DNA of 64,000 nucleotides, taken from sequence record MZ170040.1, one strand, 5' to 3'. Of the stretch, positions 34,025 to 43,181 are shown piece after piece; the first letter of the stretch is position 1, and each line of letters starts with the position of its first letter. The notes below the pieces were generated by a model. It ran no database searches and was not told where the DNA came from. It saw only the letters and a list, made by a program, of their open reading frames with translations. The translations under genes and the position numbers were made by a program. The stretch comes from Escherichia phage vB_EcoM_FJ1.

Positions 34025-34681
34025 ATGGCAGCACCTAGAATATCATTTTCGCCCTCTGATATTCTATTTGGTGTTCTAGATCGCTTGTTCAAAGATAACG
34101 CTACCGGGAAAGTTCTTGCTTCCCGGGTAGCTGTCGTAATTCTTTTATTTATGATGGCGATTGTTTGGTATAGGGGAGATAGTTTCTTTGAGTACTATAA
34201 GCAATCAAAGTATGAAACATACAGTGAAATTATTGAAAAGGAAAGAAATGCACGCTTTGAATCTGTCGCCCTGGAACAACTCCAGATAGTTCATATATCA
34301 TCTGAGGCAGACTTTAGTGCGGTGTATTCTTTCCGCCCTAAAAACTTAAACTATTTTGTTGATATTATAGCATATGAAGGAAAATTACCTTCAACAATAA
34401 GTGAAAAATCACTTGGAGGATATCCTGTTGATAAAACTATGGATGAATATGCAGTTCATTTAAATGGACGTCATTATTATTCCAACTCAAAATTTGCTTT
34501 TTTACCAACTAAAAAGCCTACTCCCGAAATAAACTACATGTACAGTTGTCCATATTTTAATTTGGATAATATCTATGCTGGAACGATAACCATGTACTGG
34601 TATAGAAATGATCATATAAGTAATGACCGCCTTGAATCAATATGTGCTCAGGCGGCCAGAATATTAGGAAGGGCTAAATAA
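34025..34681 (+). CDS. t: holin T
   Basis: 218 aa, single N-terminal TM (VAVVILLFMMAIVWY) plus large periplasmic domain. Confidence 0.9.
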   Translation: MAAPRISFSPSDILFGVLDRLFKDNATGKVLASRVAVVILLFMMAIVWYRGDSFFEYYKQSKYETYSEIIEKERNARFESVALEQLQIVHISSEADFSAVYSFRPKNLNYFVDIIAYEGKLPSTISEKSLGGYPVDKTMDEYAVHLNGRHYYSNSKFAFLPTKKPTPEINYMYSCPYFNLDNIYAGTITMYWYRNDHISNDRLESICAQAARILGRAK

Positions 34682-34954
34682 TTATTTGTTCGTATACATC
34701 TCTAGATATCGATATACACCCTCAAAACCCTCGTTGAATTCGTCGATGAGGGTTTTCTTATCTTCTTGAGTTAATTCAGAAACAATTTTACGGAATGAAT
34801 TCTGATTTAATTTTCTACCTTCATGCGTTACTCCAATCTCATTCAGAAATGCAATAAAATTAGCACGATTCTCAACAATATCTTCTCTGGAAAATTTAAT
34901 CAAAATAGACGCAACAGTAATAATTTCACGAACTGTATCAATATTTTTATTCAT
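34682..34954 (-). CDS. asiA: AsiA anti-sigma70 factor
   Basis: 90 aa, MNKNIDTVREIITVASILIKFSREDIVENRANFIAFLNEIGVTHEGRKLN... Confidence 0.9.
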   Translation of the reverse strand: MNKNIDTVREIITVASILIKFSREDIVENRANFIAFLNEIGVTHEGRKLNQNSFRKIVSELTQEDKKTLIDEFNEGFEGVYRYLEMYTNK

Positions 34955-34966
34955 TAACTATACCAC

Positions 34967-35119
34967 TCAATTAGTTGACTTTGTTATAATATCATCAGAC
35001 GCTTGATTTGTAAACCGGTCTGTGTTATTTTCTTCAAAAATTTTTTCTACGAATTCCTTGAACGACTCACGTTCCTGAGCTGCATTATGCTCGATTACCT
35101 TTTCAAGATTATGACTCAT
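34967..35119 (-). CDS. small ORF (50 aa) between arn and asiA, not in ORF track
   Basis: MSHNLEKVIEHNAAQERESFKEFVEKIFEENNTDRF...; ATGA overlap with arn stop; hand-translated. Confidence 0.35.
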   Translation of the reverse strand: MSHNLEKVIEHNAAQERESFKEFVEKIFEENNTDRFTNQASDDIITKSTN

Positions 35120-35394
35120 TCGAAATAATCTTCAATTTCATAATCATGGACATAAATCATTATAGTTTTTAATACATCATCAATACTTTTTCCTGGAGCT
35201 GGAATTACGTAGAAATATCCTGCTTTTGAGAGGTCTTTATAAGTTCCAATCAAGAAATCATTATTCTCAAGATGTAGTTCTTCAACTAATTCATTAACAA
35301 TTGAATGGTATAGGTTTGGTAGAAACTTATATAGCTTTTCTAGAATATCAATTTTGATTGTGTATTGAACCACAGACTGAGAATCAATAATCAT
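35116..35394 (-). CDS. arn: Arn anti-restriction protein (McrBC inhibitor)
   Basis: 92-aa acidic protein, MIIDSQSVVQYTIKIDILEKLYKFLPNLYHSIVNELVEELH... Confidence 0.75.
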   Translation of the reverse strand: MIIDSQSVVQYTIKIDILEKLYKFLPNLYHSIVNELVEELHLENNDFLIGTYKDLSKAGYFYVIPAPGKSIDDVLKTIMIYVHDYEIEDYFE

Positions 35395-35477
35395 AGACCT
35401 TCCCCTTATGTTTCTGTTTGCGATTAGATTCTTTAAACGCTTTCTTCTTATCCTTATGAACAGAAGCTTTATTAAAA

Positions 35478-35696
35478 TTATGTTTTGCGACTAAATTGTT
35501 CATAGTGCTGAATTACCTCTCTTAAACATTTGCATGTGAATGAAAACTTTTTAGCTACACCACATTCAAATATATGTTCTCTTAAATCGCGTGTATCAGT
35601 ATATCCCATCTCAACAATAAAATGCCGTATTAGATTTTTATCTTTATCATTGAGAGAGTTAAAATAGTCAGATTTTGAATTAATTTCCCTGGCCAA
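35478..35696 (-). CDS. hypothetical protein
   Basis: 72-aa ORF. Confidence 0.5.
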   Translation of the reverse strand: MAREINSKSDYFNSLNDKDKNLIRHFIVEMGYTDTRDLREHIFECGVAKKFSFTCKCLREVIQHYEQFSRKT

Positions 35697-35976
35697 ATTG
35701 AATCACCTTCAGTTGACGTTTTAACTCTTTTATCATTTCTTCGTTCATCGCAATATAAAGATCACGTAAAGCAGGTTTTAGCGTTCCATTTATTGGAGAA
35801 CTAAATGGACATACATAATCTTTTCCTACAAGCTTTTTGGTGAATTCCATATCGCAGAACTTAAATCCCGGCTCATTGGTATAAATTCCCCAATTAGTTG
35901 ACATCATTTTATTGGCATATTCTAGTGCCTGGATTTGATTCATAATTCCATCAATTTGAAACTTTTTAATATTCAT
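35680..35976 (-). CDS. hypothetical protein
   Basis: 98-aa ORF. Confidence 0.5.
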   Translation of the reverse strand: MNIKKFQIDGIMNQIQALEYANKMMSTNWGIYTNEPGFKFCDMEFTKKLVGKDYVCPFSSPINGTLKPALRDLYIAMNEEMIKELKRQLKVIQFGQGN

Positions 35977-36437
35977 TAGTAAAGGTCCTCAGAGTAAAGT
36001 TCTTTTTCATTACCACCACGTTCAATACGTACTTGTCCAGCGTAAGTTGCAATAATCATTGCTTCTTCACGTGTCCAATAATTACTATATTGGTCAATAA
36101 ACCCTTGGTCATCATTACAAACTTGTTGAGTAACTAATTGAGGTTTAACTACATCTAAAACTTCTGCCATATCTTTAGAATAATGACGAGCACCTGGAAT
36201 AATAAGAGTTCGTCCATCTTTTAATTTAAAACGGTTGGCTGCACAGACAATTCGTCGTTGATACTTTTGGTTTTCATCCCAATACACAGTCTGCCAACAG
36301 ATTTCAGGAACTTCATCTAAAACATTTTGTTCTGTATATTCACCACCGTAAGAAGCTAATTTAGCAGCCAGACTTTCCGGAGTCTCACGAGATAAAGCTT
36401 TATCTAACAGAGCTAAACGTTCTTTAAAAGTTTTCAT
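35976..36437 (-). CDS. hypothetical protein
   Basis: 153-aa ORF. Confidence 0.5.
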   Translation of the reverse strand: MKTFKERLALLDKALSRETPESLAAKLASYGGEYTEQNVLDEVPEICWQTVYWDENQKYQRRIVCAANRFKLKDGRTLIIPGARHYSKDMAEVLDVVKPQLVTQQVCNDDQGFIDQYSNYWTREEAMIIATYAGQVRIERGGNEKELYSEDLY

Positions 36438-36763
36438 TTAAACCATCCTTTAATACGTTGCCACAAAGTTTTCTGCTGAGCTTTGTTAACACCAATTGAG
36501 CGAATAACCGGTTGAGATTCCTGGAATTCTTTATAATCAGCAAGGTAAATTTCGTAAGCTGCATCTGTAAATGAACTTATCGCTGCCATAAAATTATTGC
36601 GAATACCTACTGGAGCATCTTTACTTTCACGAATAATCATGTATTTACCAGTCTTAATCTTTACGATAGTTCCAAGATAAGCTCCATGGTACCAAATATC
36701 CCAACCCTCTTGAGTAGGTTCTGCGCAACGACGAAGTTCATTAACAATTTCTAACTTGTTCAT
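36434..36763 (-). CDS. hypothetical protein
   Basis: 109-aa ORF. Confidence 0.5.
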   Translation of the reverse strand: MNKLEIVNELRRCAEPTQEGWDIWYHGAYLGTIVKIKTGKYMIIRESKDAPVGIRNNFMAAISSFTDAAYEIYLADYKEFQESQPVIRSIGVNKAQQKTLWQRIKGWFK

Positions 36764-36773
36764 TATTTATTCC

Positions 36774-37409
36774 TCACAGTTCAGATGCTACAGTGATTAC
36801 AGCTTCAATGTTTTCTGCCGAGCGTTTAATGTCAAGATACACATTACCGTTTTTAGCGATTTTACATGACATTCCGATATCAGTAAATTTCTGAATATGA
36901 TGTTCCATCATTTTGTATCCAAAAATTCGCATATTTCCATTGTTGTTAATTTCAAAATTACGAATTCCGTGAGTGCGTTTTTCTAAAATGGCAAGATAAT
37001 TACTACGATAAGTTTCAACCTTTTTAAGAACAAATCCATTTTCATCTAAAAGTTTTAACATGAGGTCTTTATCTTCTTCCATATCAGAAGTAATCTCACG
37101 AGCTTTACGAGTTGCTCGTTTTTTCAGCAGTTCTGGAGCATTTTCTTGTGCGTATAAAGTTGCTGCATTTGAAATAATATCCTGAGCTTCACCAGTAATG
37201 ATTAATCCATCACCAGATTTCTCCACCAGGCCTTTTTTAATCAATACCCCAATATTACTATTAACTACTGCGTTACCTAAATCTGGATGCACCTCACGAA
37301 CTTCTGCAGCTGTAATGAAATCTTTCTTAGCAATGGTAATTAAAATCGCAGCAGTTTTTTCATTCAGAACATCGTTAGAAGCTTTGATGATGTAAGTTAC
37401 TTTAGACAT
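36774..37409 (-). CDS. motA: MotA middle-transcription activator
   Basis: 211 aa, MSKVTYIIKASNDVLNEKTAAILITIAKKDFITAAEVREVHPDLG... Confidence 0.9.
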   Translation of the reverse strand: MSKVTYIIKASNDVLNEKTAAILITIAKKDFITAAEVREVHPDLGNAVVNSNIGVLIKKGLVEKSGDGLIITGEAQDIISNAATLYAQENAPELLKKRATRKAREITSDMEEDKDLMLKLLDENGFVLKKVETYRSNYLAILEKRTHGIRNFEINNNGNMRIFGYKMMEHHIQKFTDIGMSCKIAKNGNVYLDIKRSAENIEAVITVASEL

Positions 37410-37444
37410 TTTCTAATCTCCGTAATTCTGTATCAGTAGTTGAT

Positions 37445-37482
37445 AGTTGTATAGTACCACAGTATGCTTTGGTTGTAAACCG
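37445..37482 (-). promoter_or_regulatory. T4 early-type promoter upstream of motA (-35 GTTTAC, -10 TACTAT)
   Basis: minus strand GTTTAC 37475..37480, TACTAT 37451..37456. Confidence 0.55.
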
Positions 37483-37501
37483 TTTTGTGAAAAAATTTTT
37501 G

Positions 37502-37530
37502 AAATAAAAAAAGGGGAGCCGAAGCTCCCC
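37502..37530 (-). terminator. rho-independent terminator downstream of gene 52 region
   Basis: GGGGAGC-CGAA-GCTCCCC hairpin followed by T8 on minus strand. Confidence 0.65.
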
Positions 37531-37682
37531 AAAAATTACTGTTCAAACGCGATAACTATCGTGATAACACGCTGAATACCAAAAGCAAGAAGACCTCCTG
37601 CTACGGCTGGAACAACACCTACCCCCGCTAGTAAAATGCCGCCAGATACTAATGCTGCGCTTGTAATACCTACGAATGGGAC

Positions 37683-39011
37683 TCATTTGATTTCCTCTAA
37701 ATCTTTGGTGTATTCTGTAACTACATCAGTAGTTTTCCAATATTCGTTTTCTTCTTTCTTAGCTTTAGCTTCTTCAGCAAGTTTCTTTGCTTCGTCGGAA
37801 GTCATATGAAAAATATTCATTCCGACTAGTTTATCAACATAAGAAGAATACATATCGATTTTCGAAAGTTCTTCGGTCAGTTCTTTACGAGTTTTACCCT
37901 GCACAACGATTTCACCTGAAATTACTTTCTTAATGAAATGCGCCTTGGCAAAGGCTAAACGAAAAGCTGATTCAGTTTCTTTAATTTTGTTATCAATTCG
38001 TTTTTGAACATAAGTTTTACGAACTTCAACAAAGTCTTTAATTAAATCAACTACGTTATCGTAAACTTGTAGTTTTCCTTTCTCATTAATAACCGTAATA
38101 TTCTGAGAACGACGCTCAATCAACCCGAAGTCTTTCATGATTTTTGCATGGCGTTCTTCTTCATTATCACTCAAAGAGTATTCTTTGCGGAATTTAATTT
38201 TAAAGCCAAAACCATGCTCACCACAAGCATCATCCCATGTAATGAAGCCTTTATCTTCAAGCGGGTCTAAGATTTTACTCACGTAAGTTTCACGATCATA
38301 CTTATACGGAATCTCAGTGATATTCATTTGAGTTCGTGAAGTAAACTTGTACGTTCCACGAATTTCATATTGACCGTCAATTTCAACGACTTCACCGCGA
38401 AATTCTGGGAATTCTACCTTCGGTTTAGTTACTTTCTTTCCTTGAAGAGCTTGTAGTACAGCTTTCTTGACAGAAGAAACACTATGAGGAAGAATGTAAG
38501 TTGCATAACCAGTTGCAATACCGGAAACACCATTAAGAAGAACAGTAGGAATAATAGGCAAATAGAAAGCAGGCGGAATGTGTTCTTTATCTTGATGTAC
38601 TGGAGCATATTCAGTATCTTTATACACGTTATAGAAATTTTTACTTACACGAGCAAAAATATAACGACTTGCCGCTGCCTTTTGGACAGTACGAGAACCA
38701 AAGTTTCCTTGACCATCTAACAGAGGAAAGTTATTATTCCAAGTGTTAGCCATCAAAGCGCCCGCATCTTGTGCAGAGTTTTCGCCATGGTGATATCCAA
38801 GGTCCGCTACACCACCTGCAATAGAAGCAAGTTTGTGAAACTTATCTTTATTTCCTCGTGCTAAATCAAGGGCTCGAGCAATAACAAATCGTTGAACTGG
38901 CTTAAATCCATCAATCATATTTGGAATAGCACGATTTTCAACCGTGTACATAGCATAAGCCAATGCTTCATTATCAATGATACTTTTTAAATCACGATTA
39001 TTCAGTTGCAT
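37683..39011 (-). CDS. 52: gp52 DNA topoisomerase II medium subunit
   Basis: 442 aa, MQLNNRDLKSIIDNEALAYAMYTVENRAIPNMIDGFKPVQRFV...; GyrA-like N-terminal breakage-reunion region. Confidence 0.9.
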   Translation of the reverse strand: MQLNNRDLKSIIDNEALAYAMYTVENRAIPNMIDGFKPVQRFVIARALDLARGNKDKFHKLASIAGGVADLGYHHGENSAQDAGALMANTWNNNFPLLDGQGNFGSRTVQKAAASRYIFARVSKNFYNVYKDTEYAPVHQDKEHIPPAFYLPIIPTVLLNGVSGIATGYATYILPHSVSSVKKAVLQALQGKKVTKPKVEFPEFRGEVVEIDGQYEIRGTYKFTSRTQMNITEIPYKYDRETYVSKILDPLEDKGFITWDDACGEHGFGFKIKFRKEYSLSDNEEERHAKIMKDFGLIERRSQNITVINEKGKLQVYDNVVDLIKDFVEVRKTYVQKRIDNKIKETESAFRLAFAKAHFIKKVISGEIVVQGKTRKELTEELSKIDMYSSYVDKLVGMNIFHMTSDEAKKLAEEAKAKKEENEYWKTTDVVTEYTKDLEEIK

Positions 39012-39015
39012 AAAT

Positions 39016-39156
39016 TTACCATACTAGTGAATGTAGTGCCATAATAACATCAGAAATGAAAAGCACGACTTGAATTAATCCGAACATTACTCCATAATAT
39101 AGTGCTACCAATAAAGTAGCAAGGGCTAATGAATAGCCCAAGATTTTCTTAATCAT
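39016..39156 (-). CDS. small hydrophobic membrane peptide (46 aa), not in ORF track
   Basis: hand-translated MIKKILGYSLALATLLVALYYGVMFGLIQVVLFISDVIMALHSLVW. Confidence 0.5.
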   Translation of the reverse strand: MIKKILGYSLALATLLVALYYGVMFGLIQVVLFISDVIMALHSLVW

Positions 39157-39307
39157 TAGTAGATAACAACACAAATGTTAAATATGCACACATACCCTGG
39201 GCTAAAGCTTGTGAAAACACACTGCTAGCATCGATACAGATAGTTAAAACACATGCTACTATCCAACAAATAAATGAAATAACTCCTAATAATTTTGCAA
39301 TATTCAT
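39149..39307 (-). CDS. small hydrophobic membrane peptide (52 aa; ac-like position), not in ORF track
   Basis: hand-translated MNIAKLLGVISFICWIVACVLTICIDASSVFSQALAQGMCAYLTFVLLSTND. Confidence 0.5.
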   Translation of the reverse strand: MNIAKLLGVISFICWIVACVLTICIDASSVFSQALAQGMCAYLTFVLLSTND

Positions 39308-39314
39308 ATTTTCC

Positions 39315-39395
39315 TCACTGGCGTCCGAAGACGCCTTTAGTTTTAAGATTGTTACGATAGAACTGCATCACGTGTTCGTTATGGAAATTACTCAT
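39315..39395 (-). CDS. stp: Stp peptide (activator of host PrrC anticodon nuclease)
   Basis: hand-translated 26 aa [26 protein letters not shown]; start overlaps ndd stop (TAATG). Confidence 0.8.
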
Positions 39396-39850
39396 TAATA
39401 TGCCTGCAAAACAAATTTAAAGTTATCAGCCAACATACGGTTCATTTCTTCAAGTGTTTGATACTCAGAATGATGATTACGAGTAAACGCTAAAGCTAAC
39501 TGACCCTTTCCAAATCCCGTCGTCAGAGGTTTCATCTTAGAAGCAGGCAAATAAAATACCGTGTATGGAACATTGTTATTTGCAATAGTACGCGCAAGCT
39601 GAGACCGACGTTGACGAATATGACTTAAAACCGCACTGAATCCTTGCTTAGAACGCTGATTACCTACATAAAATCGTGCAGACACACATGGATTACTAAA
39701 TGGACGACCATCTAATTTACTTACTAAAAAGTAAAATCCAGGTTTAGATAAAATATCTTTATGTGGAACTCCCAAAAACCATTCACCGTTCTTGATTGTA
39801 CCAATAACAGTAGCGCCTGCGTTGTTCAGATCAGTAACAGTCATATATTT
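39395..39850 (-). CDS. ndd: Ndd nucleoid disruption protein
   Basis: 151 aa from [28 protein letters not shown]...; ORF track start 39901 is upstream Met. Confidence 0.8.
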
Positions 39851-39913
39851 CATATTAATTTCCTCTAAATTATTTTCTACTCCAAGGCCGCATGAATACA
39901 CGCGGCCATTAAA

Positions 39914-40129
39914 TTAATCGTCGCAGTCGACGCTCAATTCCCAAAACTCTTCTACGGTATAAGTTTCAGTATCATTTTCAATACAGAAACGTTCATTACT
40001 GTTATTTGCTAAAGTAGCGTTAACTGTCATTTTCTCGCTGGTGCTCTTAAGAGGTGAAATACGAATTAACTGATCACCACTATCCAAGCAAAAAATTTCA
40101 CCAACTTTTACATCTTTAAAACTTTTCAT
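39914..40129 (-). CDS. hypothetical protein
   Basis: 71-aa acidic ORF. Confidence 0.5.
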   Translation of the reverse strand: MKSFKDVKVGEIFCLDSGDQLIRISPLKSTSEKMTVNATLANNSNERFCIENDTETYTVEEFWELSVDCDD

Positions 40130-40244
40130 AATTCACCTCAAGGAGTATAAAATCCAAATGCAGTTGTTGACCATCCCATCCAATATGGAAAATTTGCGCC
40201 AATGTAAAACATAAGAATATAAAACCAAATGTTTAGTAAATTCA

Positions 40245-40463
40245 TCATTTTACACCATTCCAAATTGTTTCAACCACAGATTTTAAACCATTTTGATGAA
40301 TGTCCATTCCGACTACCGCCATCAAATAGATTCCAACTACAACTGAACCTAAGGCAAAAATCAGCATGAAAATGAATAAAGCCGGAAAAATATTATCGAA
40401 AAACCATTCAATAAATGTAAAAGCACTGCGTTTACGCTTCATATTTTCCTCACATAAATCCAA
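40245..40463 (-). CDS. small membrane protein
   Basis: 72 aa with hydrophobic stretch IFPALFIFMLIFALGSVVVGIYLMAVV. Confidence 0.5.
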   Translation of the reverse strand: MDLCEENMKRKRSAFTFIEWFFDNIFPALFIFMLIFALGSVVVGIYLMAVVGMDIHQNGLKSVVETIWNGVK

Positions 40464-40698
40464 AGTAAGCGTTTAATACATCAATCATTAAAACGATTGG
40501 GAATATACTCAAAACTACTAGTATTATAACTACATTCCATATAGCTTTAACAATCTTTTTCATTTTCTGTTCCTCCGTAGTTGATAGGGTAATAATACCA
40601 CAGAGGAACAGTCTTGTAAACAACTTTTTTAAAAATATTCGTAATAAATGTGAATACCAACTACTACCGCTGAAACTTGTGCAACCCACCACGCACAA
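40450..40698 (-). CDS. small membrane protein
   Basis: 82 aa with two hydrophobic stretches. Confidence 0.45.
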   Translation of the reverse strand: MCVVGCTSFSGSSWYSHLLRIFLKKLFTRLFLCGIITLSTTEEQKMKKIVKAIWNVVIILVVLSIFPIVLMIDVLNAYFGFM

Positions 40699-40806
40699 GC
40701 AATAAGTACAGAATTCAAAATTTTCATAATAACCTCATCACAAAAGTAAATGTTAAACAAATTAATGGAATACTAATTAACCAAACAAAACACCACCATA
40801 ATGAAC

Positions 40807-41070
40807 TCATAGTTCAATCTCAATGATTTCAAGATTATTTTCTTTAATAGCTTTCTTTAAATCATCGTAAATAAGAACTTCCCAAGAATTGTTTAAATCA
40901 CCATTCAACAAACGCTCTTGTTGCAATTTATCAGTAAGATATGGTTGATCTGATTCATATTTAGACAATCCCAATGAAATAAATGATGTTGCATCATCAA
41001 TTTCAGAATATTGTACATAAACAAATTCACCTGTGATTTTATGTTTAACATAAAAGAATTTAAATTTCAT
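40807..41070 (-). CDS. hypothetical protein
   Basis: 87-aa ORF. Confidence 0.5.
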   Translation of the reverse strand: MKFKFFYVKHKITGEFVYVQYSEIDDATSFISLGLSKYESDQPYLTDKLQQERLLNGDLNNSWEVLIYDDLKKAIKENNLEIIEIEL

Positions 41071-41146
41071 TTTTGTTCCTCCGTAGTTGATAGGGTAATA
41101 GTACCACGGTCCTTGTGGTATGTAAACCGTTTTGTGAAAAATTTTT

Positions 41147-41704
41147 TTAAATGGAAAGATACCATCCGTTGTAGTTGCTTTTTCTTACAACTTTACGAAG
41201 GTCTTCTCTGTCACCGATGAACTTCGGAGTGTACTGGATGACACCTGGATGAATTTCTTTAGTGTTGAATATAATTATACAGTCAGCGACCTGATGATTC
41301 AGAATGGGCCCTAGATTTATTCCAGAACCATATGGATACTCTCCGCTGCATCCTGTTGTAACCGAAATCCAACGTGAGTCAGTTTGATGTGTCTTAACTT
41401 CTACACGAAGCCCACAGTATTTTGGATGCGCCAATACATCCCATGCATATGTGTACGGATCATCGACATCTTCTTGACCTTTGTTAACATACCCGCTTAG
41501 CCAATCTGCTACAAAAAATTCTGCGTACACAGCGATACGACATCTTTCAATAACTTCTGCTTTATCCTGGTTCGGGTTTTGTTTTAAAGAGTATCTTGCT
41601 GTATCAGCAATTTTGACCTTCATTTCACTAGTCAAGTCACTGTTCGATAGGGTAAATGTCGGAATCTGAAATAGTCTCTGTAAACCCGGATTCGTTTTCT
41701 GCAT
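41147..41704 (-). CDS. denB: endonuclease IV
   Basis: 185 aa at the T4 denB position downstream of rIIB; length identical to T4 DenB. Confidence 0.65.
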   Translation of the reverse strand: MQKTNPGLQRLFQIPTFTLSNSDLTSEMKVKIADTARYSLKQNPNQDKAEVIERCRIAVYAEFFVADWLSGYVNKGQEDVDDPYTYAWDVLAHPKYCGLRVEVKTHQTDSRWISVTTGCSGEYPYGSGINLGPILNHQVADCIIIFNTKEIHPGVIQYTPKFIGDREDLRKVVRKSNYNGWYLSI

Positions 41705-41966
41705 TTAGACTTTCCTTTTTACCACTGAGATAGGCGTTATATACTTTAAGAGTGCCGTAATAAATTCGGTCATTTTCATCTAAAGACTCGCGGTCAAGTT
41801 CATCGAGCTCCTTTTTATCCATGACTATAACATTATTACAGTAAAGAAACCCAAGTTTTTCGTGACCAAACTCAAATTTATTACAGTACACAATATTAGC
41901 GTGATGATTTCCGTGTAGTTTAATCTCTTTTATGTCGGAATCACCGATATTCATACAATAAATCAT
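41637..41966 (-). CDS. hypothetical protein
   Basis: 109-aa ORF overlapping denB start. Confidence 0.45.
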   Translation of the reverse strand: MIYCMNIGDSDIKEIKLHGNHHANIVYCNKFEFGHEKLGFLYCNNVIVMDKKELDELDRESLDENDRIYYGTLKVYNAYLSGKKESLNAENESGFTETISDSDIYPIEQ

Positions 41967-41982
41967 AATTTTTCCTTAAAAC

Positions 41983-42002
41983 AAAAGGGCCGAAGCCCTT
42001 TA
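41983..42002 (-). terminator. GC hairpin with flanking T-runs (possible bidirectional terminator)
   Basis: AAGGGC-CGAA-GCCCTT flanked by T-rich tracts on both strands. Confidence 0.45.
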
Positions 42003-42004
42003 TT

Positions 42005-42226
42005 TTACTTGAATTGTGCAATTCTTTTCTCTAAACAATCTGCGTAAGATTTCATTGAGATAAACTGTGAAAGCAGCAGTTCTTGCTCAACTGCACTAAC
42101 TGTTAAAAACTTTGCGCTTTCTAAAAATTTGCTCAGTGCATTAATTTTGAGCATTAATTGATCGTATTCTTCTTTTACTCGTGCTTGATAACCTAACATA
42201 ATTTTCCTTAATGCGATAAGGGCCAA
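42005..42226 (-). CDS. hypothetical protein
   Basis: 73-aa ORF directly downstream of rIIB. Confidence 0.5.
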   Translation of the reverse strand: MALIALRKIMLGYQARVKEEYDQLMLKINALSKFLESAKFLTVSAVEQELLLSQFISMKSYADCLEKRIAQFK

Positions 42227-42231
42227 AGCCC

Positions 42232-43170
42232 TTATTTAAATTGTTCAGTAACGTCTTCAACTACTTCGTATTGGCAGGTACGCATTTTAGCGTCGTTGTA
42301 ATCAATCGGAATTGATACTACATCGCGAGGATGTACTTTAACTTTTACAACTCGGCTGGTTGAACTACCAAAGTGACGAATATAAGATTTAGAACACACA
42401 TGCAGACCACGAGAACAAGTTTGTGTATCATCGTCGTTCACACGAGTACGTGGCATTTTAACTACTTTACCCGGACTGTTATCAAAGGTATTTGAGTGAC
42501 AGTCAAAGTAATTGCTACGAACTACTTTCCAAGCATAGAAGTAACCATCTTCTGTAATTTCAATATCGTTTGCTACCAAGAAATCAAAGAGTCGAGATAC
42601 CGCTTTTTGGTTTGGGTTTTCCAACAGATTTTCCAAGAACGGAAAATAAAATTCAAAGTTTTCGCCTTTTTCCATCGAGTCAAGAATACGACCAACCAAA
42701 CCAGACCGCAATTCAATATTTTGATAGAACAAGCTTCCACCTTCAATTCGAACATCGCCGGAAATATATTTTTCAACAGCGCGACGAACATTAATTTTTT
42801 GTGCCGCTTCTTCTAACTTATCCGCTACAAGCAGATTAAGAATTTCCTGGAAGTTTGAATGAGTATTAGGAGTTGCGTTATAAGTTACACCGTCAACAGT
42901 AATTGAAATGAATTTTTTAGATGCATTCCAAATAATATCAGATTTAGCAACCGGAGCAATAACTGCATCGCTATTAACTTTAACTGTAATATCACCTCTA
43001 ATAGTAACTTTAGGGCGTTTAGCTTCTTCAGCATTTTTCAAAACACGACGGATTGTGTCAACCGATACATCCTTCCAATAAGCCAATTCCTGTTGAGTGT
43101 AATTACCGCTTGAATACAGTTTAACAATTTCAGCTTGTTCGTTTTTGGTCAGGCATTTAATATTGTACAT
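42232..43170 (-). CDS. rIIB: rIIB membrane-associated protein
   Basis: 312 aa, MYNIKCLTKNEQAEIVKLYSSGNYTQQELAYWKDVSVDTIRR...; immediately downstream of rIIA. Confidence 0.9.
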   Translation of the reverse strand: MYNIKCLTKNEQAEIVKLYSSGNYTQQELAYWKDVSVDTIRRVLKNAEEAKRPKVTIRGDITVKVNSDAVIAPVAKSDIIWNASKKFISITVDGVTYNATPNTHSNFQEILNLLVADKLEEAAQKINVRRAVEKYISGDVRIEGGSLFYQNIELRSGLVGRILDSMEKGENFEFYFPFLENLLENPNQKAVSRLFDFLVANDIEITEDGYFYAWKVVRSNYFDCHSNTFDNSPGKVVKMPRTRVNDDDTQTCSRGLHVCSKSYIRHFGSSTSRVVKVKVHPRDVVSIPIDYNDAKMRTCQYEVVEDVTEQFK

Positions 43171-43181
43171 AATTTTCCTTA

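Larger units (their letters stand above)
37445..37530 (-). repeat. terminator plus early-promoter cassette, copy 2 (near-identical to 19505..19592)
   Basis: shared core gtaaaccgttttgtgaaaaaatttttgaaataaaaaa; a related third copy lies at ~41108..41150. Confidence 0.6.
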
